Below are positions 37,621 through 51,000 of a stretch of 64,000 nucleotides of DNA, in pieces. The translations under genes were made by a program, and so were the position numbers. Each line of letters starts with the position of its first letter. Position 1 is the stretch's first letter. The DNA lies in the NCBI GenBank assembly GCA_000934665.2, contig JYFJ02000115.1, forward strand, positions 1 through 64,000. Direction: 5' to 3'. This DNA is from Catajapyx aquilonaris (lineage: Eukaryota). The notes below the pieces were generated by a model. That model had not been told where the DNA came from. It ran no database searches and saw nothing but the letters and a program-made list of their open reading frames with translations.

Positions 37621-38135
37621 TAAAGCTGCTACTCTGATTTAAGTGTTACCTTGCTGCTGTGCCATGCCTGTAGTCAGGTGATGTTATCAAATTTCTGTTG
37701 TGAAGATGTTTTCCGTGAATGAAACTAAGCAACTAAATTGTGGTGCTTTAGGTGCATGAATTTTCTGTGGACTCTCTCAAGGCACAAGTCCCACGCGTAA
37801 AGACAGCGTGGGGAAATTGCATGTGTTAAGTACCGCATCCAATGGGATCACTTTTGCATGCCAGGAGAACAGGGTGTCAAGGGAGCCACTCATGAACTAT
37901 GCTCTGAATCTTTCAAGTTTGGATTACTCATCATCCCACCGATTTTCATAATTTCGTCATACTCTGATTCCACATCGCATTTATTTAATGTCTCCCAAGT
38001 ACCTAACACCACCCTCATGTTCTGCGAATAATAGTTCATTATAATCAATGACTTCGAGTCCAAATTTGTAAAACAGTACAGAAGAGAAGTGTTGAAGCAT
38101 CTAGAGCAGTGGTTATAACACAGGTAACACCTTGA

Positions 38136-38319
38136 AGCCACGTTTACATGTGAGCGATTTGACAAGCGAAGTCTTTGCCGAGCTAAGTAACCAATATTGT
38201 TTGAGGTGAAAGTAAAAATCGATTTTCGCCTCGAACAATACTGATTACTTGGGTTGTTCAGCGATGTCACCGCTTGGCGAAGACGTCGCTCGTCAAATCG
38301 CTCGCATGTAATCGCAGCT
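38136..38319. mobile_element. PIF/Harbinger-type MITE
   Basis: TGA|AGCCACGTTTACATGTGAGCGATTTGAC ... GTCAAATCGCTCGCATGTAATCGCAGCT|TGA; ~45-bp imperfect TIRs and 3-bp TGA TSD. Confidence 0.75.
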
Positions 38320-39676
38320 TGACACTTCATCACAGAGGCCTAAATCGTATATCAGTGCATGTCACATCCATGGAAACACATCTTGGGTATACAGCAATTG
38401 GAAGTATTGCTGCGATACTTCATACTTAAAGCAATTTGGTACTTCTAACCCGCAATGGCATGGTAAGCAAGCGTTATTAAGAAATTTGAGCCGTTTTGAT
38501 ACTTATATTTTTATAAAGTCATAACCTGTTTTTTTTTCTCTGTTAGTGTTTCCTTATGCAGGAGTTGCAACATACACATGCAATTATTATGCACAAATTT
38601 GTTGGTGAAGTTTTAAAATTTATCTAGGACCCATTTCCAGTTGACAAAGAAAAAAGTAAGGCCCTTACCCTGATTCCAGCGTATGGCTTGCATGTGGAGA
38701 AGTATTCCATTGTTTGCATCCACTCAAGTCATGTATTTGTACTGTGGTAAAGTGCCTTTTTTATTTCGCTCATGCTGGAAGACTCAGTCCAGTGTGGAAG
38801 ATAGGAACTTTCCAAACGTTTCCAAAACAATGTGTCAGTTGCAAGCTCCTGCATTATTAGTGCCTGGGGCTGATGCTCTATCCGCATCAACCCCACTAGT
38901 AGTTTTCTTTCTTTCCCTTTTTATTATTATACGGTGGTATATTTTTGTTGGGTCCATCAGCCAAAATCCATTGAACGTTCGGTTTTCAAAGATCTTGCCA
39001 TACGGGTACTTTAGAAGTCTGATTTTTTAAAAATAAATTGGAAAGGAAAATATGGCAGTTGGTGGTGTCGAGTGTTACAGTTGAAATGAGCTGACAGTGC
39101 TGCAATTTACTTGCTCCCAAATATTGACAGTTGTGCATACAGACTCTACTTTTGTTGACTATACACATGAAGACTTTTCTGCAGATTGTTTATGCGAGTT
39201 TTTCTGGCTCGACTGATCTGTTAGGGTGTTATTGTGGCTCATTGTTGAGAGGTCATTTTATGATTATTAAGTTGCACTAGCACTACAACTGTGCTGTGAG
39301 CGAGTAACTGAGCAAAAGGCTGATATGATACTGAACCTCAGCCATATGCCTAGAAAAAGTACTCCTTTTGGAGAGGGTAGTGTAAAAATGTATATGGACT
39401 AAAAGTTTTGCATATAATTATGGAGACTTTAAAACAAGTCTTACTTCAGAGAGTTTTTTTTTTGTATTTTTGGACAGTGTTTCTTGATTGTTTTGTAATG
39501 ACACTCATGAAAGCGGGACCTAATGAATCATGTCGTAGAGGTCCACATCATGACACCTCGAGATGTGTTCTGAAGAAACCTGTGTTTTATACAAGTGTTT
39601 TTCCAATAAAAAGCAATCATGTTGTGTAAATTGTGTTGTTTATTCTCAAAATGGAACAAGCAGCATAAACAGGCTG

Positions 39677-41480
39677 CTATCTAGGCATCCATGGGTACAG
39701 TTCCCTGTGTAATGGCCACTCCTCATACTGCTTCTTCCTGGTGTCCACATCCAATAGCCATGCTTCATATGCCTCATTGTTTTCTTCAGCGCGTTCCTTC
39801 TTAGTCGCGGCATCCAGCTGCACCTTCAGTTTTAGCAACCTGAAAGGCAGACAATGAAACATTTCAAGTCGTGCACGACAGGAAAAGTATCACACTATCA
39901 TCCTGCATGCGTCACACCTCTCAACCTTAATTTCGTATCGAGTGGATCTGAAACTCTACTATGGGGCACTTCCCTGTCCCCATTCTACGACAAGTCAAGT
40001 TTTGCATGTCACCCTGCGTGTGACTGCTAACTAGCCAATCACTGTGCACAACTCACTTCTTCTTCTTCAGCTCCTTGGCCAGCTCACTGTCCTTTTTCTC
40101 CTTCCAGGCCTCGTACCCAGCGGCAGCGTCCTTCTTCCTCGCCTCCTGCCTGTCCTTCTCCTCCTCCTCCTGCCTCCTCTTCTTTTCCTCTGCTTCCAAC
40201 TTCTTCCTGGCTCTTTCCTGGTCTGCCTTCTCCTTCCAGGACTTGAATGCAATCTTAGCCACCTCTTCCTTCTCCTTCTCCTCTTCCAACTTCTTCTTGA
40301 AGACCTCCTCCTCTGCCACCACCAGCTTATTGAACCGCTGGGCAATTTCCTTGTCCTTCACCTTCTTCCAGGCTTTGAATGCCTTCTCCTGCTTCTCCTT
40401 CTTTCGCCTCTCCTCTTCCTTCTTGTCCACTTTGTCTTTCTCTGTCTCCACCACCGCGTACTTCTTCTTCTTCTGATTCACCCATTCTTCAAAGGCAGCG
40501 TCCTGCTTCCTCCTCATCTCCGCCTCCACCACCTTCTTTCGCTCCTCCTCTTCCCTTCTTTTCTGTTCCTCCTGCCGATCCTTCTCCTTTTTCTTTTCCA
40601 TTTTCTGGAAGTACCACTCCTGGTAGACAGCCTCGGCGAGGGTTTTCCTCTCCGGGAGTTCGCCATTGGTGACCCTCAGGTCTTCTAGTGACACCGTACG
40701 TTTTGTAAGGCGCGTCACCATGGTCGGGCAACCCCTAGGCAAGAAAGGGGGATAGCTTGCAGCATTATACCAAAGACCCAGACTAAAAGCCGGTATCCAC
40801 GTTCGAGTTTCTCTCATAAGAGTCCTCTTACACGAGAAATCTTGTACGTCGAGACGGACTCTTTGTCGCCTCAGGGCCCCTCTTGTCCCTCTAAAAGGGG
40901 ATTAAAGTTGAAAATTTTCAACTTTTCCTCTTTCCTCGTATCCGGGCATGCGCAGTTGGCTCCTCTTATCCTCCTGAGACCCCTGGTACAGTATACTGTA
41001 CCTTTGTTTTTTCCAGTACCTTCTGACTAACTCAAACCCGTTAATAAAAAAACAAAAACAAAGGTTATTGAAAGGTGAACTAGGGGTCTCAGGAGGTTAT
41101 GAGAGAAAACTCTTACGTTGGTACCGGCTTTAAGGTAATACATACAGTGGCGGAATAAACTTTGGTGGAGGCTCCACCTCCTCTTCTAATAATCCAAACT
41201 CGGCCGGGTTGAGCCCAAGAAGCTTCAGGTTCCTCCTGTTAGACCTCAACGTTGGCCCTTTCTCTTTCGAAGCACATTGAGACGGCTTCGGGATATCTCC
41301 TGGCCTGCGGATCATCACTGGCTTGTGGACGAACTTGGAATGGCTATTAATTAGTTCCACTTGCGTGCCTCCCCTCGTCGGATGAGGTGCCTTCACCGGC
41401 CCACGGCTGGAATTAGTGGCAGAGAGAGGCCTCCAATGTGCAGATCTGCTAGTTCTCGGTGAAGACATCACACCTGACAT
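39677..41480 (-). CDS. MAP9/ASAP- or CCDC181/CCDC34-like charged coiled-coil (microtubule/cilia-associated) protein, ~391 aa
   Basis: Exons 41480-41146, 40734-40057, 39839-39677 (1176 nt, phases 2/2). K/E-rich helix with repeated aromatic motif AVYQEW, AAFEEW, AFKAW, AFKSW, GYEAW, AYEAW. Inclusion of the first exon is less certain; alternative start near 40721. Confidence 0.65.
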
Positions 41481-41639
41481 TGCAGGAGTCTCTGCAATGC
41501 AAAATCTCAGTGTGACAACAAACACTAGGTGCCATTGAGGTTCTGGTCTTTAAGAACATTTTAGGTGGATGTTCGACAGAATAAATTATTAATGATGCCA
41601 CCTTAAGAAACGCGTTCTTATCCGAACTTCCAGTGGTCA

Positions 41640-42000
41640 ACCGCTGTCCTGTCCTCCCCTAGTATGGTCCACACCCGGCCTTCCTTTTTTTCCTTTCCAG
41701 GCAGCCTCAAAAACCTCCCGAGGAAACCGGCCCAACTTCAGCTCCGTTCTAAGCGACGCCAAATCGTGTTTGACGCCATGTTGCTACGGATTTCAAATTA
41801 ATCCGACCTTCTTTTGTCTGGGCATGCGCGTCGCAATCCCCCGATTATATTAATTACCGCCGCGTTAATTAAAAAGCGATTAAATTTTAGTGGTAAATAA
41901 TTCGGTTTAATTGCGTTTATGATTTTCACTTTAATTGTCCCTCTGGTGGTGGGACAGTGAGACTCGTGGAATGGAGCGTCTTGCTGCGGCAGAAAAAAAG
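41640..42000. promoter_or_regulatory. Short bidirectional promoter shared by the MAP9-like gene and TCERG1
   Basis: Start codons only ~520 bp apart, head to head; GCATGCGCG (NRF1/EWG-like) at ~41823; AAGATGGCGG (YY1/Pho-like) overlapping the TCERG1 ATG. Confidence 0.55.
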
Positions 42001-45000
42001 ATGGCGGACGGCATCGATGACTCTGGAGTGGACGGGTCGGACGTGGACCAAGGGATGGACGGCGGGGACTACGGCGGAGGAGGAGAGATGGTCGGGAAGG
42101 GAGCGGGAGGACCGCCTGGAGAGGACCAGGACCAGGACGGGGGAGGACAGCAGGACGAAGGGATGGGGGACGAGGAGGAGGACGAAGACGGGCCTGGGGG
42201 ACTGGGCGGGGAAGGAGAAGACGAGATGATGGGGATGATGGACGAGGAGGACATGGAGGAAGGGGGAGGGGGGCCGGGATGGAACCCTGGAATGGGCTTC
42301 AGGGGAGGGAGAGGGGCCGGATTCAGGTAAATCCAACAACTTCTCATCACTCCGGGGGAAGGGGGCACCGGAACGCAGGGGTGCCAACCGGTTGGCCCAG
42401 CCTTGTTGACCCAACGACAGAATATTTATTCACACTTTGACATGCAATTAGAGCGATATGGGCTTGCCAGTACTGCAGTCGACAAATCGCAGTAAGAAAC
42501 TATACCTGTCTGGCGCTGTCCACTTACCGCGACAGTTAAAACGTCCTTTCTGCTACTTGCTGTGCTGAATGGAACTGCCGAACGACATTTCGACAGCAAC
42601 TGTCTGTGCATGGGACTTCTCCATGGATATGCCCTCACGCAACAATGGGCGTAAACAGTCCCTTTGTTGCTCGATGGCATGGTGATTTGAAAAGAGGGAG
42701 GGAATTTGAATTCATAAAATTTTGCTTGCCTAAAAGCAGGAAGGGAATGGCTGGGAGAACAGGAAATCTTGCAGTCCATGGAACGTTCCAGGGGTGAATT
42801 CGGCCCCACCTACATAGACCTGCTTATGGCCGGTTTCACCAAGCCCGGTTTTCATTTTTTTAAATGGTTCTTTCGGAAAATCCTTGCATATAGAATAGGG
42901 ATTTTCCGAAAGAACCGGGGTTTTTATGAAAACCGGGCTTGGTGAAACTGGCCATTATTCAGATGGCTAGAAATGATCCAATATGCGCTGAACATCATAG
43001 ACTGGAGGAAATGTAACACAAAAAATAGTACTTTCTGACCTTGTGTCCAAATGCCCCCCCTCTTCTGTTAGGTTTGATGGCACCCTGTGGCTCATCTTAT
43101 CTCAATCATCTTACAAAGGTGCACTTTGTGCACAGAGTCATTGCTAATATCAATACTAAATAGGGTACTTGTAGGGTATGGATTTTAAGTATTTAAGTCA
43201 TGTTGCAACGCACCAGGAAGAACAACATCAGATGGTCAATATTGTGGATTTTATTACCATGCTTGAGACCGGCTTGAACTCCACCTTATTGTTCCAGGGG
43301 TCGAGGACGTGGTCCATATGACTTTGGCCCTCCCCGAGGTCCGATGGGCCCACCACCTCGCTTCCGTGGTCGTGGGTTTGGACCTAGAGGGCCCCCCTTT
43401 CGTGGGCCCCCACCACCTCCATATGGACCAAGGGGCCCGCGGTTTAGAGGTCCTCCTCCATTTGACCCTAACTGGGGGCCCATGCCCCCTCCGCCTCCAG
43501 GGATGCACCATCCTGGAATGATGGGACCGCCACCACCAGGAATGGTTAGTTATCTTCACTGTTTGTCATCGCCAATAATCATATTTTGAGTTTGAAAAGT
43601 TAACGCTCATTTGTGAGTAACTAGGAATAATTTGGAAGATGAAATCACTATAGTTTTTACACTGGGGAGTTGCCATTAAAACTTAATGTCTTCTGCCTTT
43701 ATTATTGGTAAGTCAATTGCTCATGATCCTTGCCACATGGTGCAATTGAGCTGACCTTCTGGATGTTGAAAAGAAACATTCACTGTCATATCTAGTTGTT
43801 TTGGGTATGGTAAAATTTCGGTACACCCGCCTTGATGGTAAACTGCTCGATAATAATGGTAAGATGTCTTCTATAGTGACTGCATTCCTATTCCTTGCTG
43901 TGTGCTATGATGTCAGTACTATTTATTGCTGAAGATGGCCCAACACTTCGTTAGTGCCATTTGCTTCGAAGTGGTTGTACCACATGTACGTTTAGGGCAT
44001 TTTCTCATGACATTTATCTAGTGTCAAAATAAATCAGGAAGTGTGGTGCACACGACGGAATTTATGAAAATAAGTGCATGTCGACGAGGATTTTTTTATT
44101 GCAAATTAGTGAGCAACACAAAGGCATTTTTGTCCCCAAAATGGACACCCTCCTCTCCAGTGCAGGGCTTGCTAATGAAAACCCTGCAATGGACGGGTAA
44201 ATGAAGTGAATGATTAGCTTGTGTGAATGCGATCCACCCCCAACCCCTTATGAATTAATCCTTGTTTGACCCTGGATTGATTGTGGCTGCCTTGCTCTGT
44301 CAGCCCCCTCCTCCTCACATGATGGGGCCCATGGGGATGCCCCCTCCTCCTGGTGCATACGGGCCCCCAATGGGAGGACCATCCACAGGGGCCATGTCTG
44401 CAACCACCAACACTCAGGTCAGTCTAATCACATTTGGTAGACCTTCTCTCCTCCCGTCTCTCAAATTAATTTTAGTCCCCAGGGATTTACAGCTGTTGTG
44501 GATATACAGTTGTTCCCTTGTTTGTTGCAGACCACCGCCTTGTCTGGGATCGACATGAACTCTGAAATTTGGGTGGAGACCAAGGCTGGGGAAGGAAAGA
44601 GTTACTATTACAATGCTCGAACCAGGGAGACCACATGGACCAAGCCAGAGGGCCCCAACGTTAAGGTCATCACCCAGGAACAGGTATTGTGTGCAAGATG
44701 GAGCCGATTGAGCGCCAGGTCTGATCCATTAACAATCTTGCAATTAACATATTTTATTAATTTTCACTGCCAATTAAGAACTACAGTTAAATGTGAGATT
44801 CCGACTGTATCCAACCTGGTGCAACTGGCCAAGTGACAGCTTGTTTCTGAGCAAGCACTTTTGTGTGTGTCGGTTTATGTTGGCTCCCCCCTGAATATGA
44901 ACAATTGGCGTGGAATTCTTGATTTTATTCTTGCTTGTGCATCAGGGTAGTACTCTCACTGCGAGCTAAAGAAGCAAATGCTGGATAAATTTTTCTTCTT

Positions 45001-48000
45001 TGATGTTAGTACTTTTAGTGACATTAACAACCTGTTTTCAAAGGAATTTAAGGCTGTGTGATAGTGTTACCCTGTCACTAAAATTATTGATGCACAACTG
45101 TTAGGAAGGATATTTTTGCATGAGTTATGGCACTCAAAATTTGGGAGTGATACTACAAGTACATTAGCATGAATAATTTTAGTTACTGTACAAAAAGTAA
45201 ACGAGCAGTATCACTCTTGCTGTTCTTAGGTTAGCTAAGTACTAACTGATTTGTGGAATACTACTAACATGTAGTACTTGCATGTGAATTGGGAACTTAG
45301 GCTGGGATTGTAGTATGAGTAGGACAGATTCATTAGGAGGGTGGGGGTTAGGGAGTAGTCTTACCTGGTGGTGCTGATTGTGCCAGAGTAAGTGTTGGGT
45401 TGTCCTTTGAATCTGTGCGTGTGGAGGTGGAAGTGATAGCTCAGGCTGCGGGGGCCAACCAGGCATCATCCAGTACCACAACTGCTGCACAGGCTGCTGT
45501 AGCACAGGCCCAGGCCGCCAGCCAGCAGAAGCAGGACCCCAGCGGAGGAGGGGCCGCTGGATCCGCACCAGGGGTCAACAGTTCCCAGGATGCCAGTGCC
45601 CAGGGCAACCAGCAGAGCTGTAAGTTTGGCTACCCTGGAAACATAATGTCAACAATGGACATGTATGGTGGGACATTCTTTTTGTTCTCCCCAGCTCCGA
45701 GCCACGGCAGCAATGGGAATGTCAACACCATGCAGCCGCCACCAGGGATGATGGGAGGAGGTATGCCACCACCCTTTGGCGCCATGCCCTTTGGTGGGCC
45801 CCCACCATTTGGAATGCCACCTCCTGGTATGTGGAAAGTGTTCTAATCGTTAGGCTGGTGAACGGAGAGATGGTGATGGTAACTTGCATGACCATTGCTA
45901 CATTTATTCAGCAAAATTCCAAGTTGAGATTCAGCGTTGTTTTGTTAGCCATTAATAACAGACACAGGCATTCATGGTGTTGGCTTTCAGCCAAGGTCGT
46001 GCTAGAGCAGAAGAATCCATCACACATGCAGTGGGTTTAGCAAGACATAAATACTTTTTGTTTGCATAATTGAAATTTATCCAGCTTAGATAATGCAAAC
46101 AATGGTTCAGATCGTATGTTCGTCTGAGCCTAGACGCTCACGTCCTAGCCTTTTGTAACCCAGCTGAAACAGTGGAATTTATCACTGATGGAATGTCAAG
46201 TGGTGCAGGTTTGAGGCAGTTGTTTGCAGCACTCATCCGGGAAATGCTGTGACCTTCACTTGGGTGACGTGTTTGTGTTGCAAAGCGCCAAAGTCTGGTT
46301 ATTCAGAGACATGCCATTTAAATTTCCTTCCTATAATCATTCAGAGCTACGTCACTGCCTTTAGAGATAATGTGAATGCATAGGATGCCAGTCACTTGCC
46401 TTCTGTCATAGATCAGAGGATGAATTGTTAGTGAGACGGCATTGACAATGGTATGTTAATTGTATGCTGATAATGATGTGGTAGCCTTTAGGATGTCTTC
46501 TTTTACTTGTTTTTCACTTGATGTGTTATATTCTCTGCAGGTTACCCAGGATACCCCGGGTTTGGGATGCCCTCCGGCATGCCCCCTCCAGGTTGGGGTG
46601 TTCCAGGTCCTGGAATGGGTCCACCAGGGATGGCCATGGGTGCTGGAGGAGGGGCTTCTCCAGCTATTCCAGGGACGCAAGATATCAACTTGGCACACGT
46701 ATGCAGTTTTTTCATGTTAATGAAATGATCTTGACACTTCTGTGTGTCATATGTGAATAGGTACCTCTGCCCTTGGATCAGGGGTTTGGTCAAGAATTTG
46801 ACAGTCACAATGTTATTTATTCGGATGACTTGTAGGTGGATCCTGACCTCCATGCTCGTGCGATGGAGTGGTCCGAGCACAAGGCCCCAGATGGTCGTTC
46901 CTACTTTTACAACGCCAAGACTGGGGAGAGTGTGTGGGAGCGTCCTCAAGCCATGAAGGACATGGAGTCAGCCATGAAGGGAGGGGGAGCCAGAGCTGGA
47001 AGTGGTGCCATGTCTGGAGCTGGAACACCTGCAGGAGCAACTGCAGCAGGATCTCCTATGGGTCAACAGATGGTCATGGATGGAGTCCCAGGAGAGATGG
47101 AGGTTGGGTTAGGTGTGGGTGTGGGAGGGCAGATTCCAGGTGTAGGTGCAGATCAGCAGGTGGAGCAGCCAGCGCAGGCAGCTTCCCAGGCCCCGATGGT
47201 GCTTCACAACGGAGAGGGGATATCTGCTGCAGCTGCGGCAGGTATGCTGGGTGAGATGATGCATCTGAAGGCAGAGGAGAAGGCTGTAATCATGGAGATG
47301 GAGAAGCAGCAACTGGCTCACCATCAGCAAAGGCAGCAGGCTGACATAGAAGCTGGGCTGACTGCAGCCAAGGTGAAGGCCAAGCTGGAGGATGCTGAAA
47401 AAGCTAAGGAGGCACCAAAGATCCAGGACAGGTCCCGCCCTGTCTCAAGCACACCAGTTCCAGGAACTCCATGGTCAGTGGCTTAAGCTTCCTGTCCTTG
47501 ACTCATTCAGTCAGCCCTGAATAAAATCATTTTGTTTCGTAATGTTTTTGGTTTGTCCACTGCAGCTAATGTGTTCTTGTGCCGTTACTTTCCAGGTGTG
47601 TGGTGTGGACAGGAGATGGTCGTGTGTTCTTCTACAACCCTTCATCCCGGACATCTGTGTGGGAGCGACCTGATGAGCTGCTTGGCCGGCAGGACGTGGA
47701 CAAAATGGTGCAAAGCCCACCAGAGGCCGTTCAGCAGTCAGCGGAAAAGAACAAGAAGGCAGCTGCCGCTGCTGCTGCCCAGGCTGCAATTACATCATCT
47801 TCCCAGGCAGGTGAGGACGGAGCTGGTGGGGACAGCAGTGAGGAGGAGCCAGCCCCCAAAAAGGCCAAGGTGATCAAGGAGGACGGTAAGGATGGTCTAG
47901 ACGGGGAGAAACTTGGAGGAGAGAAGAAGCAGATTGACATGGGAAAAGAAGCAGCCATCGAGGCCGAGGTCCGTGCAGCTAGGGAGAGAGCAATGGTCCC

Positions 48001-51000
48001 TCTGGATGTCCGCATAAAACAATTCAGGGAAATGCTCGCTGAGAAAGATGTGAGTGAAAAACACTGGACCAGTCTTGAATTTTTTGTACTGTATCAGCTT
48101 TCAAATCATTTATATCAGCTATTTTCAATTTTTTTCTACTGTGCCACATTGTTCATTTGAAATGCGAAGTTTTAATTATTCGCTAACAGTTGATGTACCT
48201 CTCTTTTTGTCAGGTGTCTGCATTCAGCACGTGGGAGAAGGAGCTCCACAAGATAGTATTTGATGCCCGGTACTTGCTGCTGACTTCTAAAGAACGCAAG
48301 CAAGTGTTTGAAAAATACGTGAAGGAGCGAGCGGAGGAGGAGAGAAGGGAGAAGCGGAACAAAATGAAAGAGAGGAGGGATGACTTCAGGAAGCTTCTTG
48401 AAGATGCTAACCTTGTTGGAAAGTAAGTTGAATACACGTCAGGACACTACTTGCTTCCCAATTCTTGTATACGTCGCTAAAGGAAAACTGGGATGCACGC
48501 ATGTCATGAAATATGCAAGCGTAATATTTTCACAGTTAACATGATTGACTTTGTTCTGTTTCCCACAGGTCCTCTTTCAGTGATTTTGCCCAGAAGCATG
48601 GGAAGGATGAGCGCTTCAAGAACATCGAGAAGATGCGTGAGAGGGAAAGCCTCTTCAATGAGTACATTTTGGAAGTGCGCAGGAAGGAGAAGGAAGAAAA
48701 GGCCCAGAGGCGGGATCAGGTAAAGACGAAAGTGAGGCCATTTTTCACCCACTCCTCCTTATCTCTCTTAATTTTCTTGCTCGTGGCTCTGCTCAGCCGG
48801 ACCACAGATACTCTTTGCCATGATTATTTCCAGACATTTAAAATTTTCGCTCTGACTGAACACAAAATGTTTTGGCCCTTTGCATTGGGGTACGTATTTC
48901 AATCATGACCAAATTTCTTTTTTTGTTTGGCTCTCAGTTGATCGTTGATGTTGATGTTGTGAGTGCATTGCAGTTGCAAAGTGTTCTGTTTTTTTCTATG
49001 TTCTTTTATTCCAGGACTACATTTTTTATTCTCTTTCAGAATGTTTTTGTGACAATGTTGTGCAATGTTGATGTCAAAATTTCTGCTTGGAATTTTACTC
49101 CAACATTACACACACAAAAATAAGTGTATTAATAACCATGTTTCTTTTTTATGGTTGTTTCTCATGCCTGTTGGTTCAGAGTATTTTGTGTGTAGTTTAA
49201 GACCATTCTGCATGCCTCTTGTAAGCTGTTGCTCTCTCAATTGACTCATATAGTTGAAGCAAAGACTCTTTATTGCCAGTTTAATATAATATTTTCACAT
49301 ATATACTTTAATTTTCAAGCCATATGAAAAGAGTCGCAAAAGTTGATATAAAGTGAGAGATTTCAAAGCAAAAAAAAATGCAACTGTAGTAATTACCAGT
49401 GAATCTTTTTTATTGCCCCCACACTTCCAATAATGGTAACCACAAAACAAAAAAAGATGTAGCTAAAAAAGAGCTCTGTTGTGATATACTCCCACTCGCT
49501 CCACTCGCAGCGCTCATTTTTCGAAGCAGCGTCCGCCCCAACATTTGCAGTGTTCAGACACACTGAGCCTTCCTACTACCACTACTACTTCTACTACTAC
49601 ATCCGGCTATGCGTCGTTGTGAAGGCCCCCGCCAGTTGAGAACCATGTTGCGTCCAAATATTCCTAGCCAAGTACATTATGGGATAAGCTCTCTCAGGGC
49701 TAAGAAGCCAGAACTATGGCCGTGTGCGGGTGAAGTTGCCTACCGGTACTGAATCCTTAATTTACCAGTTTTTGGTTTTTTACCTATTTATGCCATTATT
49801 CTTACTGTTTCTTTCATTATTATTGGGCTCTATCCAAAGGCCATTCTGTAATTAGAGAGAGAAGAAAAAGATAATAACCTCTTTTGAAGGCCCACTTGTT
49901 TGTCAATTAAGCGCTTGTGCCTTGGGCTGAGGATTTCTTACCATCATTTGTTGTTGTGATTGTTGTTCTCTCATGTGCTTTTTTTAAGCCTCTTGTAACA
50001 CACAGTAAGAGAAAAAAAAAAGTGCTTGCAAAAAAAAAAAAAAAAGTGTTGATGGAGAGGCATAGTTCACCAGGAATTTGAGCATTGCTATTAATAACGG
50101 AATGGAATTTGTCAGTCAAAGTTACCAGAGCTCAGATTCCTTGTGGATTCTAATGGAGTTTTTCCTTGTTTTTTTGTTCCTGTCAGCAGAAGATGAGGAA
50201 GAAGATCAGATGTTGTTATTGTTAATCCAACACTTGTCAGATTTGAATTGCTTCCCCATTACTTGAGTTTTAAATGGAGCGTGACACTCACTTGCTCATG
50301 ATTTCATATCTTCAAGAGAATAGTGAGGGCAGCAATTCATGGCTGCCAGCTTGGATGTCGATTTTGAAGTGTTAACTCTAGAAATGTTCAATAACTTGTG
50401 AAAACATTTGTTCAAGACCTTGCAATATTATTTCAAGAAATTGTTTTAAGATGAGAAACACAAGAAATGAAGTAATGTTTTGTCAGAAATCAATGCAGCT
50501 GTAGCTTCCATTTCAAAGTGCATTGAGCTGCCCGAGTCACTTTGCAGAGACAGGAAGTACTTCATTTACATGCGTATAAGACAACCTGGACTCTGAATGA
50601 TTTCATAGTGCAATATTTAGTTCTCGTAACAAACCCCAGTCATAACATCTGTACCAGTACTGCAAGATCTCGCGGTTTTTTCCCTCATTTAATGAGTGAG
50701 CCATTGTCGAAGAGGAATTCAAGCCAATGTTCTGATGGTACAGTATGCTGAAACAAGGCAGTGTAGACCTGAAAAGTGACTATTACGTGGCTATCATGCG
50801 GATTCCTTGTGGGAAGATATACTGCATACAAGAAAGCAAGTAAAAATGCACTATACATGTTCTTTGCACTGAGTTGGCTTATGCGTAAGTAAATGTGGTA
50901 GTTACAATCATAACGAGTGCTTTGATGTTTCAGCCTCCAGATTGTGTATAACCCCCTTCATTTTCAGCAGCACATGTTTAACTTTCATTTTCCGCAGGGT

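Noticed and set aside
37890..38333. 147-aa minus-strand ORF
   Set aside because: Spans a MITE; no recognisable domain or splice structure.
40044..40688. Leu-rich 214-aa plus-strand ORF
   Set aside because: Reverse complement of the K/E-rich coiled-coil exon.
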